Shown piece by piece: positions 1-11,761 of a stretch of 64,000 nt of DNA. The stretch covers positions 1,728,001 to 1,792,000 of the forward strand of contig OY729426.1 in NCBI GenBank assembly GCA_963422365.1, given 5' to 3'. The stretch's first letter is position 1. The number at the start of each line of letters is the position of its first letter. A model generated the notes under the pieces. The model did no database searches. It had not been told where the DNA came from and was given only the letters and a program-made list of their open reading frames with translations. This stretch comes from Nitrospirales bacterium. Lineage in GTDB: Bacteria; Nitrospirota; Nitrospiria; Nitrospirales; UBA8639. The translations under genes were made by a program, and so were the position numbers.

Positions 1-927
1 ATATTCAAGGATTTCCCGCCATTTACTATCTTCGTGGGCACTGCCGCGGTGGCATTCGTCCACGATAACGAGATCAAAGAAGCCCGGGCTGAACTGTTTG
101 TAGGCGTCTTCGCCGTTGTTATCCGAGAGTCCTTGGTAGAGCGCGAGATAGATATTGTAGGCGGTATCGATCTGCTTGTGTTTGACGACGGTCATGGCCT
201 CTTTGAAATGGCGGAAATCGCCGCGCGCCGTCTGGTCGATCAGTGCCGTGCGGTCGGCAAGAAAAAGAATGCGTTTCTTAGAGCCGCTTTTCCACAGGCG
301 GTAGATGATCTGGAACGCAACGTAGGTTTTTCCTGTACCCGTTGCCATGACAAGGAGATGGCGGTTGTTGCTCTCGCCTTTGGCAACGGCCTCTACTGTA
401 CGGTTGACGGCGATTTGCTGGTAGTAGCGGGGAGATCGTCCTGAAGCATCGATAAAGTAATCTTGCGAAACGGTTCGTTCGGCAGTACTCGGGATCTTCT
501 TGAAGGTCTTGTATTTTTCCCAAAGCCCTTGAGGAGATGGGAACGCATCAAGTGCGAGTTCGGTTTCAATTTCTCCGGACGTGATGGTGCGGTCGTGAAA
601 CAGGAAGGCGTCACCGTTGCTGCTGAAGACGAACGGGAGATCAAGAATCTCGGCGTACTCCAACGCTTGCTGGATGCCTGCGTTGACTGAGTGGTTGTTG
701 CCCTTTGCCTCAATGACGGCGATGGGAACGTTCGGTTTGTAATAAAGAATATAGTCGGCCCGCTTTCGATCGCCGCGGGTATGGATTCTCCCCCGGACCA
801 GGATACGTCCGTCTGTGAAGTTGACTTCTTCACGCACCTGGGTCTGGACGTCCCACCCGGCTGCGATGAGATGAGGCGTGATGAATTTTGTGCAGATGTC
901 ACGCTCGCTGAAGGATTTTTTATTCAT
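1..927 (-). CDS. hsdR: Type I restriction enzyme R subunit, EcoAI/EcoEI-like (5' part; runs off the window edge)
   Basis: Manual translation from the ATG at 927: MNKKSFSERDICTKFITP...RADYILYYKPNVPIAVIEAK...RYYQQIAVNRTVEAV...LLVMATGTGKT (Walker A)...IVDECHRG (DEAH-box). Absent from the ORF track because no stop lies in the window. Confidence 0.93.
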   Translation of the reverse strand, partial: MNKKSFSERDICTKFITPHLIAAGWDVQTQVREEVNFTDGRILVRGRIHTRGDRKRADYILYYKPNVPIAVIEAKGNNHSVNAGIQQALEYAEILDLPFVFSSNGDAFLFHDRTITSGEIETELALDAFPSPQGLWEKYKTFKKIPSTAERTVSQDYFIDASGRSPRYYQQIAVNRTVEAVAKGESNNRHLLVMATGTGKTYVAFQIIYRLWKSGSKKRILFLADRTALIDQTARGDFRHFKEAMTVVKHKQIDTAYNIYLALYQGLSDNNGEDAYKQFSPGFFDLVIVDECHRGSAHEDSKWREILEY

Positions 928-1030
928 GCAGCCATTGTCAAGACAGGTTCCGCCATGTAGCGTGCCTCATTAAGGGGAACTCACTTTACCGTCGTTCCCA
1001 CAAAGTAGACAAAATCATCGTTCGGCTTGT

Positions 1031-1057
1031 CTGGATTCCCGCCTTCGCGGGAATGAC
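1031..1057. repeat. REP-like palindrome CTGGATTCCCGCCTTCGCGGGAATGAC
   Basis: ATTCCCGC-CTTC-GCGGGAAT hairpin of the widespread GGATTCCC...GGGAATGAC intergenic repeat type. Confidence 0.75.
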
Positions 1058-1507
1058 GACACGTCGCTCCCACAAAATAGGCCAAATCGTCGTCCGACGG
1101 CCAGTCACGTCAATCCGGCGGTAACAGAGAAGGTTGGTTACGTTCGGCGTGCACCAATTTTCTCATGGGTTTCGCCTCAAAATCGTTGCTGCGGGTGAGC
1201 AAGCTAAGTGAGTAGTATACCCTAATCGCGAACCTAAGTCAGACAGATTGCGAGGTAGTCTCATAGAAATACCTTTTATCAGCCGGCTCCCGAGCTGCGG
1301 GCCTCATTCGTGCCTGCTATAATTTCGGACAATCGTCTTCCTGTCGATCTTCCGCAAAGGCCGAGTGGCCAGCCGAGGGCGTCGGATAGCTTTCGTGTGA
1401 ATTGAATCCATCTATCCTTCCTCCTCCATCGCATTCTGCTGTTACTGCAGTGCGGAGTGACCGTCACCTATGTCACCGGGCTGGATAGGAATCGAAGAAA
1501 ACAGACA

Positions 1508-3343
1508 ATGGAATCCATCCGACCCACCGCCGCTCTTCGTATTCTTCAAACCGTCTTCGGACATTCTGCTTTTCGTTTTCGACAGGAGGAAGTGATTGAG
1601 GATCTGCTGGCCGGCAGAGATGCTTTGGTTCTGATGCCGACCGGTGGGGGCAAGTCGTTGTGTTATCAAGTGCCGGCCATGATGCGTGACGGAGTCGGCG
1701 TTGTGGTATCGCCGCTGATTGCGTTGATGAAGGATCAGGTTGACGCGCTGCGCCTGTGCGGGGTGCGGGCAGCCTGTCTGAACTCCACGCTCGATCCCAA
1801 GGAAGTGCGGGCGGTGGAGGCAGCGGTCAACGGCGGGAGACTGGATCTGCTTTACGTCGCCCCGGAACGCCTGCTGCAGGCGCGGACCCTGGAGTGGCTG
1901 GACATGCAAACCATTGCCTTGTTCGCCATCGACGAAGCCCACTGTGTGTCGCGTTGGGGGCACGACTTCCGTGCGGAGTATCTGCAGTTGTCCGTGCTGC
2001 ACGAGCGTTATCCTTCGGTGCCACGTATCGCCCTTACGGCAACCGCTGATTTCGCGACCCGCCGTGAAATCATGACCCAACTGCAACTGGAGGGGGCCCA
2101 TGCCTACATCCACAGTTGTGACCGTCCCAACATTCGTTACGCCATCTCCGACGACGATAACGGACGCGAGCGTCTGTGGCGCTTTCTGCAAAGCGAGCAC
2201 CCCACCGACGCGGGCATCGTCTATTGCCTGACGCGCAAGAAAGTGGAGGAGATCGCCGAGTGGCTGCGCGCTCGTGGGCGCGACGCGCTGCCCTACCACG
2301 CGGGCCTTTCGGACCACACTCGTCGCCGGCATCAGGAACGCTTCCTGCGTGAAGAGGGCGTGGTGATTGTCGCCACCATCGCGTTCGGCATGGGCATCGA
2401 CAAGCCCGACGTGCGCTTTGTCGCCCACCTCAGTCTGCCGAAGAGCATTGAGGCCTATTACCAGGAAACAGGGCGTGCAGGCCGCGACGGCCTGCCGGCC
2501 AGCGCGTGGATGAATTACGGCCTCCGGGACATCATCATCTTTCGTCAGTGGCTGGACGAGTCCGAAGCCGATGAGGCGCACAAGCGGGTGGAGCGACAGA
2601 AACTGGAAGCCATGTTAGGTCTGTGCGAACTCGCGACTTGTCGTCGCCGCGCCATCCGCGCCTACTTCGGCGAAGTTCCTGGAAAGGACTGTGGCAACTG
2701 CGACAATTGCATGGACCCGCCGCAAACCTGGGAGGGTGCCGAGGTCGCACGGAAGGCTATGGCCTGCGTCTCCCGTACCGGCGAACGCTTCGGCGTGAAT
2801 TATCTGGTTGACGTTCTCATCGGCAAGACGAATGTACGCATCCGCGACCGCCGCCACGACCGACTGCAGGTGTTCGGCAGCGGCGCGGAGTACAACGCCG
2901 CCGAGTGGCGCTCCATCTTTCGCCAACTCATCGCCCAGGGGTGCCTCCGGGTGGACGCTGATCGCTTTGACGCTCTGCGCCTGACGGAGCAGTCGTCCCC
3001 GGTGCTGAACGGCGAGCGGGGGTTGACCCTGCGCAGATTGCGGCGCGCCGTGCCGGTGAAAAAAGAAAAGGTTGCCGTCCCCCATGCGCTGATTGCGCCG
3101 ACTGATGAGGCCCTTTGGCAGGCTTTGCGAGAGACGCGTACGACTCTGGCTCGGGAGCAGGGAGTGCCGCCCTACGTCGTGTTTCACGACGCCACGTTGC
3201 GTGAGTTGGTACGGCTCAAGCCCATGAAGCGGGAAGAAATGGTACAAATCCAAGGTATTGGCAAGCATAAATTGAGGAAATATGGTGAAGTTTTTTTACG
3301 GGTCGTGCGGGAACATTTGCCAGCGGAACCTGACGGTGAATGA
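1508..3343 (+). CDS. recQ: ATP-dependent DNA helicase RecQ
   Basis: MPTGGGKSLCYQ, IDEAHC, ALTATA, ATIAFGMGIDKPDVR, YYQETGRAGRDG, Zn-binding CGNCDNC, RQC domain and C-terminal HRDC (VPPYVVFHDATL). Confidence 0.97.
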   Translation: MESIRPTAALRILQTVFGHSAFRFRQEEVIEDLLAGRDALVLMPTGGGKSLCYQVPAMMRDGVGVVVSPLIALMKDQVDALRLCGVRAACLNSTLDPKEVRAVEAAVNGGRLDLLYVAPERLLQARTLEWLDMQTIALFAIDEAHCVSRWGHDFRAEYLQLSVLHERYPSVPRIALTATADFATRREIMTQLQLEGAHAYIHSCDRPNIRYAISDDDNGRERLWRFLQSEHPTDAGIVYCLTRKKVEEIAEWLRARGRDALPYHAGLSDHTRRRHQERFLREEGVVIVATIAFGMGIDKPDVRFVAHLSLPKSIEAYYQETGRAGRDGLPASAWMNYGLRDIIIFRQWLDESEADEAHKRVERQKLEAMLGLCELATCRRRAIRAYFGEVPGKDCGNCDNCMDPPQTWEGAEVARKAMACVSRTGERFGVNYLVDVLIGKTNVRIRDRRHDRLQVFGSGAEYNAAEWRSIFRQLIAQGCLRVDADRFDALRLTEQSSPVLNGERGLTLRRLRRAVPVKKEKVAVPHALIAPTDEALWQALRETRTTLAREQGVPPYVVFHDATLRELVRLKPMKREEMVQIQGIGKHKLRKYGEVFLRVVREHLPAEPDGE

Positions 3344-4221
3344 GGTGACCCCTGTCTGCCGTGCCCTGGTTATGATGTGGCAATTCATGGTTCTTTGTCG
3401 GACTACTGGCTGGTGGGGGCTGTATGCCGGTGCTGATGCGTGGGGACAGGCCAAGCAGTCCAATGCGGCGACTGGTTTACCCCTGATGTCAGGTCGATCC
3501 TTGGCGACTCTTGTCGAGTACTATCTCACGGTTGAGGATCGTGCTCAGGCTGAATCGTTCTTACAGGCAATTCTTGGTCATCCTAATGCACGTCTGGATC
3601 GTATGAGCCGGTTGCTTCAAGAAAGCCGACCTACGAGGCTGCTCCGGTGGGCATGCTTCCGAATCAGCCGATTCGGGTTCGCGGACGAACCTTATCGTAT
3701 GGGTTGTTCGTGCCTCCGTCCTATGATCCTGAGGTGGCCTTGCCGTTGGTGTTCTGTTTGCATGGTGCCGGGTTTACGGGTGATCCTATTTGGAGCGATG
3801 GGCCACGCGGTTGGACGAGTCGCATATTCTTGCCTGTCCGATGTCCACGGCGGGGACGTGTTGGACCCTGCTGAGCGAAGAATTAATGCTCTCGCGACCA
3901 TCAAAAAAGTCCGTACGCAGTATCGAATCGATCCTGACCGAATTTATCTGCCGGGTATGTCGAACGTCGGAATTGGGGCCTGGATGATCAGGATGCATCA
4001 TGCCGATCTGACTGAGCCGGAACATGACGAATGAGTTGGCCAGGCTTGGTATCGCGTTTACGTATCGTGAACATGAATGGTTGCATCCGCATGCCGGTCG
4101 CCATTTTCCCACTCGACAAGAGTTGCCGGCCCTGGTGGAGTGTTTGAAGAAGCAGCGTCGTGATCCGTATCCGCGGATTTTGACTGTGGTTCATGATGCG
4201 AGCCATTTGACTGAGTTCGAC
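3340..4221 (+). pseudogene. Secreted esterase / alpha-beta hydrolase-like gene, N-terminal part, multiply frameshifted
   Basis: Fragments in three frames: YGLFVPPSYDPEVALPLVFCLHGAG, IDPDRIYLPGMSNVGIGAW (G-x-S-x-G-like) and REHEWLHPHAGRHFP...HDASHLTEFD, which ends at the adhesin cassette. Confidence 0.7.
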
Positions 4222-4257
4222 ACGTTTCCCGCATCCCCCCCCAGTGGAGCAGAGCCC

Positions 4258-5987
4258 CCTCCCTACAAGCCCACCGTCCAGGAGAACACGATGCCGTGCT
4301 CAGTGGCGCTGTCAAGGGTGGTTTGCTGTATCCCCTCGAGGCTGAGGGCCATGGCCTCGTGGACCTGGAGGTGGCCGCCCAGCCGATACCGGCTGGTGGC
4401 CGGCCCGGTGGCCACTCCCCCGTAGGGCGTGACCCGCCACCCGGGCTGGCGCAGGGCCAGCCCATAGCCAACGTCCGCCGTCAGCCGGCCCACGGCCCCG
4501 CCCGCGGGCGCCCCGTTGCCGGCCGGCCCGGCCTCACGGCCCCACAACTGCTCCACGCCACTGGCCGGGGTGCCCCACGTCGGCTCGAACGCCACCCACA
4601 GCCCCTGCCCCCCCAGCCCCTCTCCTACTTTCACGGCGAGACTGCCGCCCCAAGCCTCAAAGTCCGTTGCCTGATGCGCCAGCAGATACCGGCCGCGAGC
4701 CGCGAGACTCACCCCCCACCACCTCTGCTGATACTCGACCCCGCCGCTGAGCTCTGCTCCCATCCCCGTCTCGGCGTCGCCGTTGTCCCAGCGCCCCCCC
4801 AGCTCCACACTGGGCTGCAGGGCCGACTCTGGTGACAGGGCGACATCCGTCTTCATCGCCAGCGCCACCCGCGCCCGGTGCGCCACCCCGGTCACCGCCG
4901 CCAGCCCCGCGGCTTCGTCCGCTTTCACCCGCACGGCAAACGCATCGGATTTTACCGCCACCTCGATCCCGTGCCACGTGGTCAGCGCCTGCCGCCCGCC
5001 TACCGCGGCCAGCAGCAACTGAACGTCCGTCTCCACGCGCCCGGCGGCGTCTTGCACCTCCAGCTCCCCTACGCCCGCGCCCGCGAGGCCCCACAGCCCA
5101 AGCCCCGGAGACGGCGTGTAGTGGACATAGGGCAGCACGCTGGTCATGGCTAGGTCTACCTCGCCCCGGATGCCCCCTCGCTCGCCGCTGACCAGGAGAA
5201 AGTCCCCCGCGACCTCGTAGTCCAGGCCCCCCACGCTGTGCGACACCGCGACGCCCGCTAGCCCCTTCTGCCCGAACCGGTAGTCCAGTCCTACGTAGCC
5301 CGTGTAGACCGCCCCGTCGGTCTCCAGGAGCTGACTGGAAAAGCCGCTGGCTGCCCCCGTGCCCCAGAAGGTCCAGCCCGTTGTCAATTCACCCTCGTTC
5401 GTCCCGGTCAACGGCACGGCAAACTCGCTGCGCGCAAACACGTCCGTGGCCGCAAGCCGCGGGGACCGGCTCGGGGCCACCCGGCCCTCGGCCGCTCGGC
5501 CTCGGCCGGCCGAGTCCCGGCTCGCTCCCGTCAGGCCCAGCACCCCGCCCAACACCCCCGCTACGGACCGGACGTCCAGGGCGGGGACTGCCGTGCCCCC
5601 CACCGTGACCGCCGGCTTCCCAACCGGCGGCGCCCCAAACCGGCGCCCGATCACGGCCACCGCCTCGGTGGCGGCTGTCCGCCCGAACGCCGCGAGGGCC
5701 ACCGTGAGCGCCCGGGAACGGTGCGTCACCTCAGCAGCCTGCACCGTCACCCTGAAGTGCAACTGCCCCGTCTGGCCATCGGCGTCCGTGGCCGTGTCGG
5801 TGAACCGCGTCTTCGCCACCGCCTCCGTGGGCGTGCCGGTGATGGTGCGCGCCTTTGCCTCAAAACTGAGCCCCGCCGGGAGAGCCGGACTCAGCCGGTA
5901 GGTGATCGGCCCGTCTCCCCCCGTGGCTGCCGGCAGCCGCACGTCAACGGCCTCGCCAACCGTCCAGTTGTACTCCTCAATCGAGGC
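4258..5987. repeat. About 1.73-kb near-identical direct repeat, copy 1 (copy 2 at 42313-44042)
   Basis: ORF translations recur almost identically at a constant offset of 38055 bp, with only a few substitutions seen. Confidence 0.95.
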
Positions 5988-8395
5988 CGACCCGAAAAAC
6001 GGCAGCGGCGACCCTACCTGAACGGCATCAGAGGTGAGGGTCTCCACGGTGCTGCCACTGTCGGTCCAAGTCACGGTGACGGTGATCTTGGCCCCGACGT
6101 CGGCTTGCGTCAGGGTGTACGTCGCCTGGGTGGCGCCGCTGATGGGATTCCCGCCGCGCGTCCATTGGTAGGTGAACGTCAGACGGTCAGGCCCGTCCGG
6201 GTCGACGATCGTGCTGGTCACCGCGGTCAGTGTCTCTCCCTGGGTCACCGTGCCGGTGAGGGTGACGGCCCCGGTCGGCGGGTCGTTGACGTTCGCCACG
6301 TTCGACGTTGCAGCAGAGGTGAGAGACTCTGATGCCCCATGAGCATCGGTCCAGCTCACGGTGACGGTGATGGCCTTCCCGACGTCGGCCTGCGTCAGAA
6401 TGTAGGTTCCACTGGTGGCGCTGCTGATGGCAGACCCGCCGTGCTTCCATTGGTAGCTGAACGTCGGACTGCTCGGGCCGTCCGGATCGGAGATCGTGCT
6501 GGTGTCTGCGGTCAGTGTCTCTCCCTGGGTCGCCGTGCCGGTGATGGTGACGGCCCCGGTCGGCGAGTCGTTGACATTCGCCACGTTCGCCGTTGCAGTC
6601 GAGGTGAGAGACTCTGATGTCCCACGAGCATCGGTCCAAGTCACGGTGACGGTGATCTTGGCCCCGACGTCGGCCTGCGTCAGGGTGTAGGTGCGGCCGG
6701 TGGCGCTGCTGATGGCAGACCCGCCCCGCTTCCACTGGTAGGTGAACGTCAAACTGCTCGGGCCGTCCGGATCGGAGATCGTGCTGGTGTCTGCGGTCAG
6801 TGTCTCTCCCTGGGTCGCCGTGCCGGTGATGGTGACGGCCCCGGTCGGCGAGTCGTTGGTGTTCGCCACGTTCGCTGTTGCAGCAGAGATGAGGGTCTCC
6901 ACGGTGCTGCCGGCATCGGTCCAGCTCACGGTGACGGTGATGGCCTTCCCGACGTCGGCCTGCGTCAGGGTGTAGGTACGGCCGGTGGCGCTGCTGATGG
7001 GATTCCCGCCGCGCGTCCACTGGTAGGTGAACGTCAGACTGCTGGGGCCGTCCGGGTCGGAGATCGTGCTGGTGTCTGCGGTCAGTGTCTGTCCCTGGGT
7101 CACCGTCCCGGTGATAGTGACGGCCCCGGTCGGTGCGTCGTTGAGGTTCGCTACGTTAGATGTCGCATCAGAGATGAGGGTCTCCACGGTGCTGCCGGCA
7201 TCGGTCCAGCTCACGGTGACAGTGATGGCCGCCCCGACGTCGGCTTGCGTCAGGGTGTACGTCTCCTGGGTGGCGCTGCTGATGGCAGACCCATCGCGCT
7301 TCCACTGGTAGGTGAACGTTAGACTGCTCGGGCCGTCCGGGTCGGAGATACCGGAGGTGTCCGCGGTCAGCGTCTGCCCCTGGGTGGCGGTGCCCGTGAT
7401 GGTGACCGCACCGGTCAGAGTGACGACCACGAAATCGGAATCCACCCCCGTAACACTGCCTGCCACCGCACGGATACGGAACCTATACCTCACGCCGTTG
7501 GTCAGACTCCTCACCGTGTGTGTGATCGTGTTCTTCCCACTCCCCGATATATCAACCCAGTTGCCAGGGTTAGTCTCGGTATTGCCAGTCCACTGCTTAT
7601 ACTGATAGCCTGTGACGGCAACATCATTAGGATTACTCCAACTCAACGTCACCTGACTGTTACCTGCTACCGCCGTGAGTCCAGTGGGACTGCCAGGCGC
7701 CGGTGTCGCAAAGATGGGAAGGGACCCATTCCCTATAACAGGACCTATCAACGCACGAATACGGAACCTATACCTCACGCCGTTGGTCAGACCCCTCACC
7801 ACGTGGCTGGTGGTGTCCGCATTACTGCCAGGAATCTCAGCCACCCTAGCTTTCTCGCTCTCTTCACTCCACAGCTCGAAATGGTAGTTCGTGATAGCAG
7901 GGTTACCAGGATTATCCCAACTCAATCTCACCTGACCGTCGCCCGCCTCCGCCTTGAATCCGGTGATACTGACTGCAATTGTCAGTTTGATGACCTCGGA
8001 CGGCGTCCCCGTAACACTGCCTGCCACCGCACGGATGTGAAATCTATACTCAACGCCTTCGGTCAGACCACTCACCGTATGTATGATTATGTCCTTCCCA
8101 TCCACCTTGCGTGTGATCGTGCCCTTCCCACTCACCGATACGTCAGCCCAGCCATCGGCCGGCTCGCTACTCCCAGTCCACTGCTTGATCTGATACCCGG
8201 TGATGGTGCTATCATCTGTAATCTCCCAGCGGAACCTCGCCTTACCGCTGCCCTTGGATTCAATAATCGCACTGATTTTAGGTGCGCCCGGGGGGGGGCT
8301 ACCTGCGCTTGAACAACGGTGACCATCGACAGGAGCAGCGTACCAACCAGGGCAAGGCTCACCCGCCCCACCGTCACAGAGGGAGCAGCATTCAC
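4263..8395 (-). CDS. Giant surface adhesin 1: signal peptide, 3 FN3 domains, 5 Ig-like repeats, He_PIG-like domain, C-terminal autotransporter-like beta-barrel; frameshifted at a C9 tract
   Basis: FN3 motifs (LSWDNP, LTNGVRYRFRIRA), 95-aa repeats, LPAGLSF...ITGTPT, alternating beta-strand C-terminus. The signal peptide VNAAP...LALVGTLLLSMVTVVQA-Q is in a different frame from the 1409-aa ORF. Confidence 0.8.
6020..7415 (-). repeat. Five tandem 285-bp intragenic repeats (TGAVTITGTATQGxTLTADTSTISDPDGP...YTLTQADVG...W)
   Basis: The 285-bp period is visible, e.g. at 6742, 7027 and 7312. Confidence 0.9.
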
Positions 8396-9382
8396 CCCCC
8401 CCCTCAATGGCGGGTTGGCGCGTCCTTATAGCAAGTAGCTCAAGTATGATGGGATCCCTCCTCCTGTGACAGGATACAGGTCGAACCATCATATCCCATC
8501 ACGGTCAACGGGCGTCAACCGTCCCTCTTCGTTCTCCCTGAACGCAACACCTTCATTCCACTCACAAGCCGCTATGTGCAAACGGATGGGGCGGCCCCCC
8601 TCACCAACCCCCCCCCCCCACGGGCTTGCCGCGCCCGTCCTCTGCTGCCTCGTCGTCGCCAACAGTCCTCAGATGAAAGCCCGCAGATCTCCAAAAGGGC
8701 GTCGCTCCTAAGAAACGACGAAGACAGGCCCCACAAACGACCCACCCCCGTCTGTCGCCTCCTGGCTGACGGTAGCTTGCCACAAGGCGAGCCCATGCCA
8801 TATTCGCCACTCCTCACTCGCCTGGGCTTCAGGCTGGCGGCAAGACACGCCGGCAGCCATTCGGCGAGGTGGTTCCCACCGTTAAAAACAGAATTTGGCG
8901 GAATGTAGCAAAGCCGGACTGGGGACACACTCTACCTGAATCCGGAGACGCTGTTCCTGGTTGCTGCCACCCGGCACGCGGTGCTTGGAACCGGAGCCCG
9001 GCGCCGGCGCACCGCCTTGACGGTCAAGACATGCTGTGGCTGATACCCGAATACAAGGAGACACCGGAGAATTCACGCAGAGCGTTGTTGGCAAGGCGCC
9101 GCGATCAAGACGCCAGGCACAAGAGCGTTGCTTGAGGCGCTGGCCCCATGGACGGAGACCCCCACGGCCCGGAGGGGCAGCACCCTAGACGAGTCTGTTG
9201 ACAAGGGGTATAGTCTAGACTGAGTCCCCTCAGAAACTGAGTCAGTGAATCTTTGGCTTTCTCATTCAGTCGGGTAGCCTGTCCAAGCTGATGAACGAGA
9301 GGGGAGCGGCGACCACGGGTCTATTTTCATGTAGAACTGGCCGCAACGTTGCGCGGCTTGTCGGCGACGACCGGAGGAGTCG

Positions 9383-10756
9383 ATGAAACGCATCTTTGGC
9401 CTTGAATGTGAATACGGGCTAATCTTTTCTCCTCATGGCCGAGTGAGGCTGCCCGTTGAAAAGATTTTGGGGTATATTTTCGAAGGGTTGATTCCCAACC
9501 GTTGGCCGTCGAACGCTTTTCTGACGAATGGCGCCCGGGTTTACCAAGACACCGGCTGTCACCCGGAATATTCCACACCGGAATGTGATGATATTGTCGA
9601 GCTGGTGGTTCATGAGAAAGCGGGCGAGCGCCTGCTCGAATCCTGTGTCCCCACGGCCGAAGCGCGTCTTCGAGAAGAAGGCCTTGCCGGCGACATCTAC
9701 ATTTTCAAGAATAATACCGACTCCTGGGGGAACACCTATGGGTGCCATGAAAATTTTCTGATGCGGCGCGACGTGGAGTTTGGGAAGGTGGCCGAGCACC
9801 TCATGCCCTTTTTTGTGACGCGCCAAATTTTTGCCGGATCAGGCAAAGTGCTGAAGGTCTCCGGCAAGCCTCACTATTTTCTCTCTCAGCGAGCCCAGCA
9901 TATTCACGAACCCACCTCGGCCTCCACCACGTCGTCCCGAAGCATTATCAACACGCGGGATGAGCCGCATGCGGACGCCGAACGGTATCGACGGCTTCAC
10001 ATCATTCTGGGGGATTCGAATCTGTCGGAGTTTGCCATGTATTTGAAGGCCGGCACGGCGGATCTGGTGCTGTCCATGATCGAAGCCGGGCACTTGGTCA
10101 AGGGCATTGAATTAGAAGATCCCGTCAAGGCCCTCCGGGACATTTCCCGTGACCCCACGTTGAGACAAAAGGTGAAGCTGGAGGATGGCCGGGAATGCTC
10201 CGCGTTGGATATTCAGCGGCTGTATTGGGAGCAAGCCTCCGAGTTTCTCCTCACGCAACCCTACGATCAGGTGACAGCGGACGTCTTGAAAGAATGGGAA
10301 CGGGTCTTAACGGCCTTGGAGGCTGATCCCATGCAACTGGTGCGAGAGATTGATTGGGTCACCAAACAATGGCTGATCCAAGCGTATCTCGACCGAAAAG
10401 GGGGCGGGTGGGATGACCCGCGTGTGGCGATGATGGATCTGCAATATCACGACGTGAACCGGAAGCGGGGCCTCTATTATCGGTTAGAGGCGCAGGAGAA
10501 GACGGTGAAGCTGGTGGATGAGCGAGCCGTTACCCGCGCCATGGCCGTGCCGCCCCAGTCGACCCGGGCCAAGGTGCGAGGAGATTTTATTCGCTTTGCC
10601 CGTGCCCACAATCGATCCTACACGGCCGATTGGACCTCTTTGAAATTAAATGGATATTGGGAAGAAACGATTTTGTGTCTGGATCCGTTTTGTGCGGTCA
10701 ATCGGCGGGTGGATGACTTGCTGGCTCAAGTGCCGGCGGCGAGCCTGGAGCCATGA
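9383..10756 (+). CDS. pafA: Pup-protein ligase (PafA/Dop family)
   Basis: RIFGLECEYG, FLTNGARVYQDTGCHPEYSTPEC, KNNTD...YGCHENF, NTRDEPHAD, RRLHIILGDSN, DLQYHD; GGAGGAG ribosome-binding site. Confidence 0.88.
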   Translation: MKRIFGLECEYGLIFSPHGRVRLPVEKILGYIFEGLIPNRWPSNAFLTNGARVYQDTGCHPEYSTPECDDIVELVVHEKAGERLLESCVPTAEARLREEGLAGDIYIFKNNTDSWGNTYGCHENFLMRRDVEFGKVAEHLMPFFVTRQIFAGSGKVLKVSGKPHYFLSQRAQHIHEPTSASTTSSRSIINTRDEPHADAERYRRLHIILGDSNLSEFAMYLKAGTADLVLSMIEAGHLVKGIELEDPVKALRDISRDPTLRQKVKLEDGRECSALDIQRLYWEQASEFLLTQPYDQVTADVLKEWERVLTALEADPMQLVREIDWVTKQWLIQAYLDRKGGGWDDPRVAMMDLQYHDVNRKRGLYYRLEAQEKTVKLVDERAVTRAMAVPPQSTRAKVRGDFIRFARAHNRSYTADWTSLKLNGYWEETILCLDPFCAVNRRVDDLLAQVPAASLEP

Positions 10757-11679
10757 AAGGGGCTTCTCGTTGGGGCTCAGACCCCCCGATCGTCACTCGC
10801 CGGTGGCTCATGGGGTTGGTGCTGGGGCTGGCGAGCCTGTTCCCGGTCCCTCTCTCTGTCACGGACGGGGCTCAGCCGGCCGGGGAGGCCGATGGCCCAT
10901 TAAGGGGCACACAAGGGGCCGTGGTGGTGGTGCGGGTTCCAATCCAGGACCGGCCGGACCGAGTCACGGGGACATTTCTCAAACGAACGGTGACGTTTTT
11001 TCCTGTCAAGGAACAGGTCTATGCCGGCCTGTTGGGGCTGGATATGCAAGATCCTCCCGGTCCGCATGAACTCACGCTTGAGGTCGTCTATCCTCAGCGG
11101 ACCGACCATCGTCGGCTGTCGGTGCTGGTGAGGAGGAAAGCGTACCCTGAGCAACGGGTGACGTTGCCCCAACACATGGTGGATCTCGATCGGGACACGC
11201 TGGCTCGCGTCAAGGCCGAAGCCCAAGTCCTGCACCACGCCTTTGAGCATGTGGTGCCGTATCCGTTGTGGAAGGGAGAATTTCTTGAGCCGGTGCAGGG
11301 ACACGTCTCCGGACGCTTCGGCAGTCGCCGGGTCATCAACGGACACCCCCGACAGCCTCATAGCGGTGAGGACATTGCGGCTCCCGAAGGTACGCCCGTG
11401 GCGGCAATGAATGAGGGGATTGTGCGGCTGACCTTGAATCACTTTTTTACAGGACACGGGGTCATCGTGGACCATGGGCTTGGCCTGTTCTCCATGTATT
11501 TTCACTTATCCGGCGTGGTGGTAGAGCAAGACCAAGCCGTGACGAAAGGGCAGGTGATCGGGTATGTCGGTGCAACGGGACGGGCGACCGGGCCACATCT
11601 TCATTGGGGCGTGCGACTGAATGGAGCCCGGGTTGATCCCTACGCGTTGCTGGCGCTGCCCTTTGACACCCTCTTCTAA
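10753..11679 (+). CDS. M23 family metallopeptidase
   Basis: HSGEDIAA (HxxxD), YFHLS, GATGRATGPHLHW (HxH); N-terminal hydrophobic segment. Confidence 0.92.
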   Translation: MKGASRWGSDPPIVTRRWLMGLVLGLASLFPVPLSVTDGAQPAGEADGPLRGTQGAVVVVRVPIQDRPDRVTGTFLKRTVTFFPVKEQVYAGLLGLDMQDPPGPHELTLEVVYPQRTDHRRLSVLVRRKAYPEQRVTLPQHMVDLDRDTLARVKAEAQVLHHAFEHVVPYPLWKGEFLEPVQGHVSGRFGSRRVINGHPRQPHSGEDIAAPEGTPVAAMNEGIVRLTLNHFFTGHGVIVDHGLGLFSMYFHLSGVVVEQDQAVTKGQVIGYVGATGRATGPHLHWGVRLNGARVDPYALLALPFDTLF

Positions 11680-11761
11680 CCGCAGCGCGTGATCCCCCCG
11701 CTGGTTCTGCCCAACGGCTGTGTCTGGTGCGGCTCCGGGATTGGGCTGAACAATCGGTACG

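Noticed and set aside
990..1098. CRISPR-like geometry (37-bp repeats, 35-bp spacer)
   Set aside because: Only two divergent units, the spacer is a REP palindrome, and there are no cas genes in the window
1442..3268. Long antisense ORFs (379 aa and 217 aa), and similar shadow ORFs across the window
   Set aside because: They mirror well-supported genes such as recQ, the helicase, the IIG gene and the adhesins, and carry no motifs of their own
8300..8492. N-terminus of the 1409-aa ORF as given in the ORF track
   Set aside because: Cys/Gly-rich off-frame read-through; the plausible signal peptide is in another frame
8800..9180. Possible gene remnant upstream of pafA
   Set aside because: No recognisable motif, so it could not be assigned
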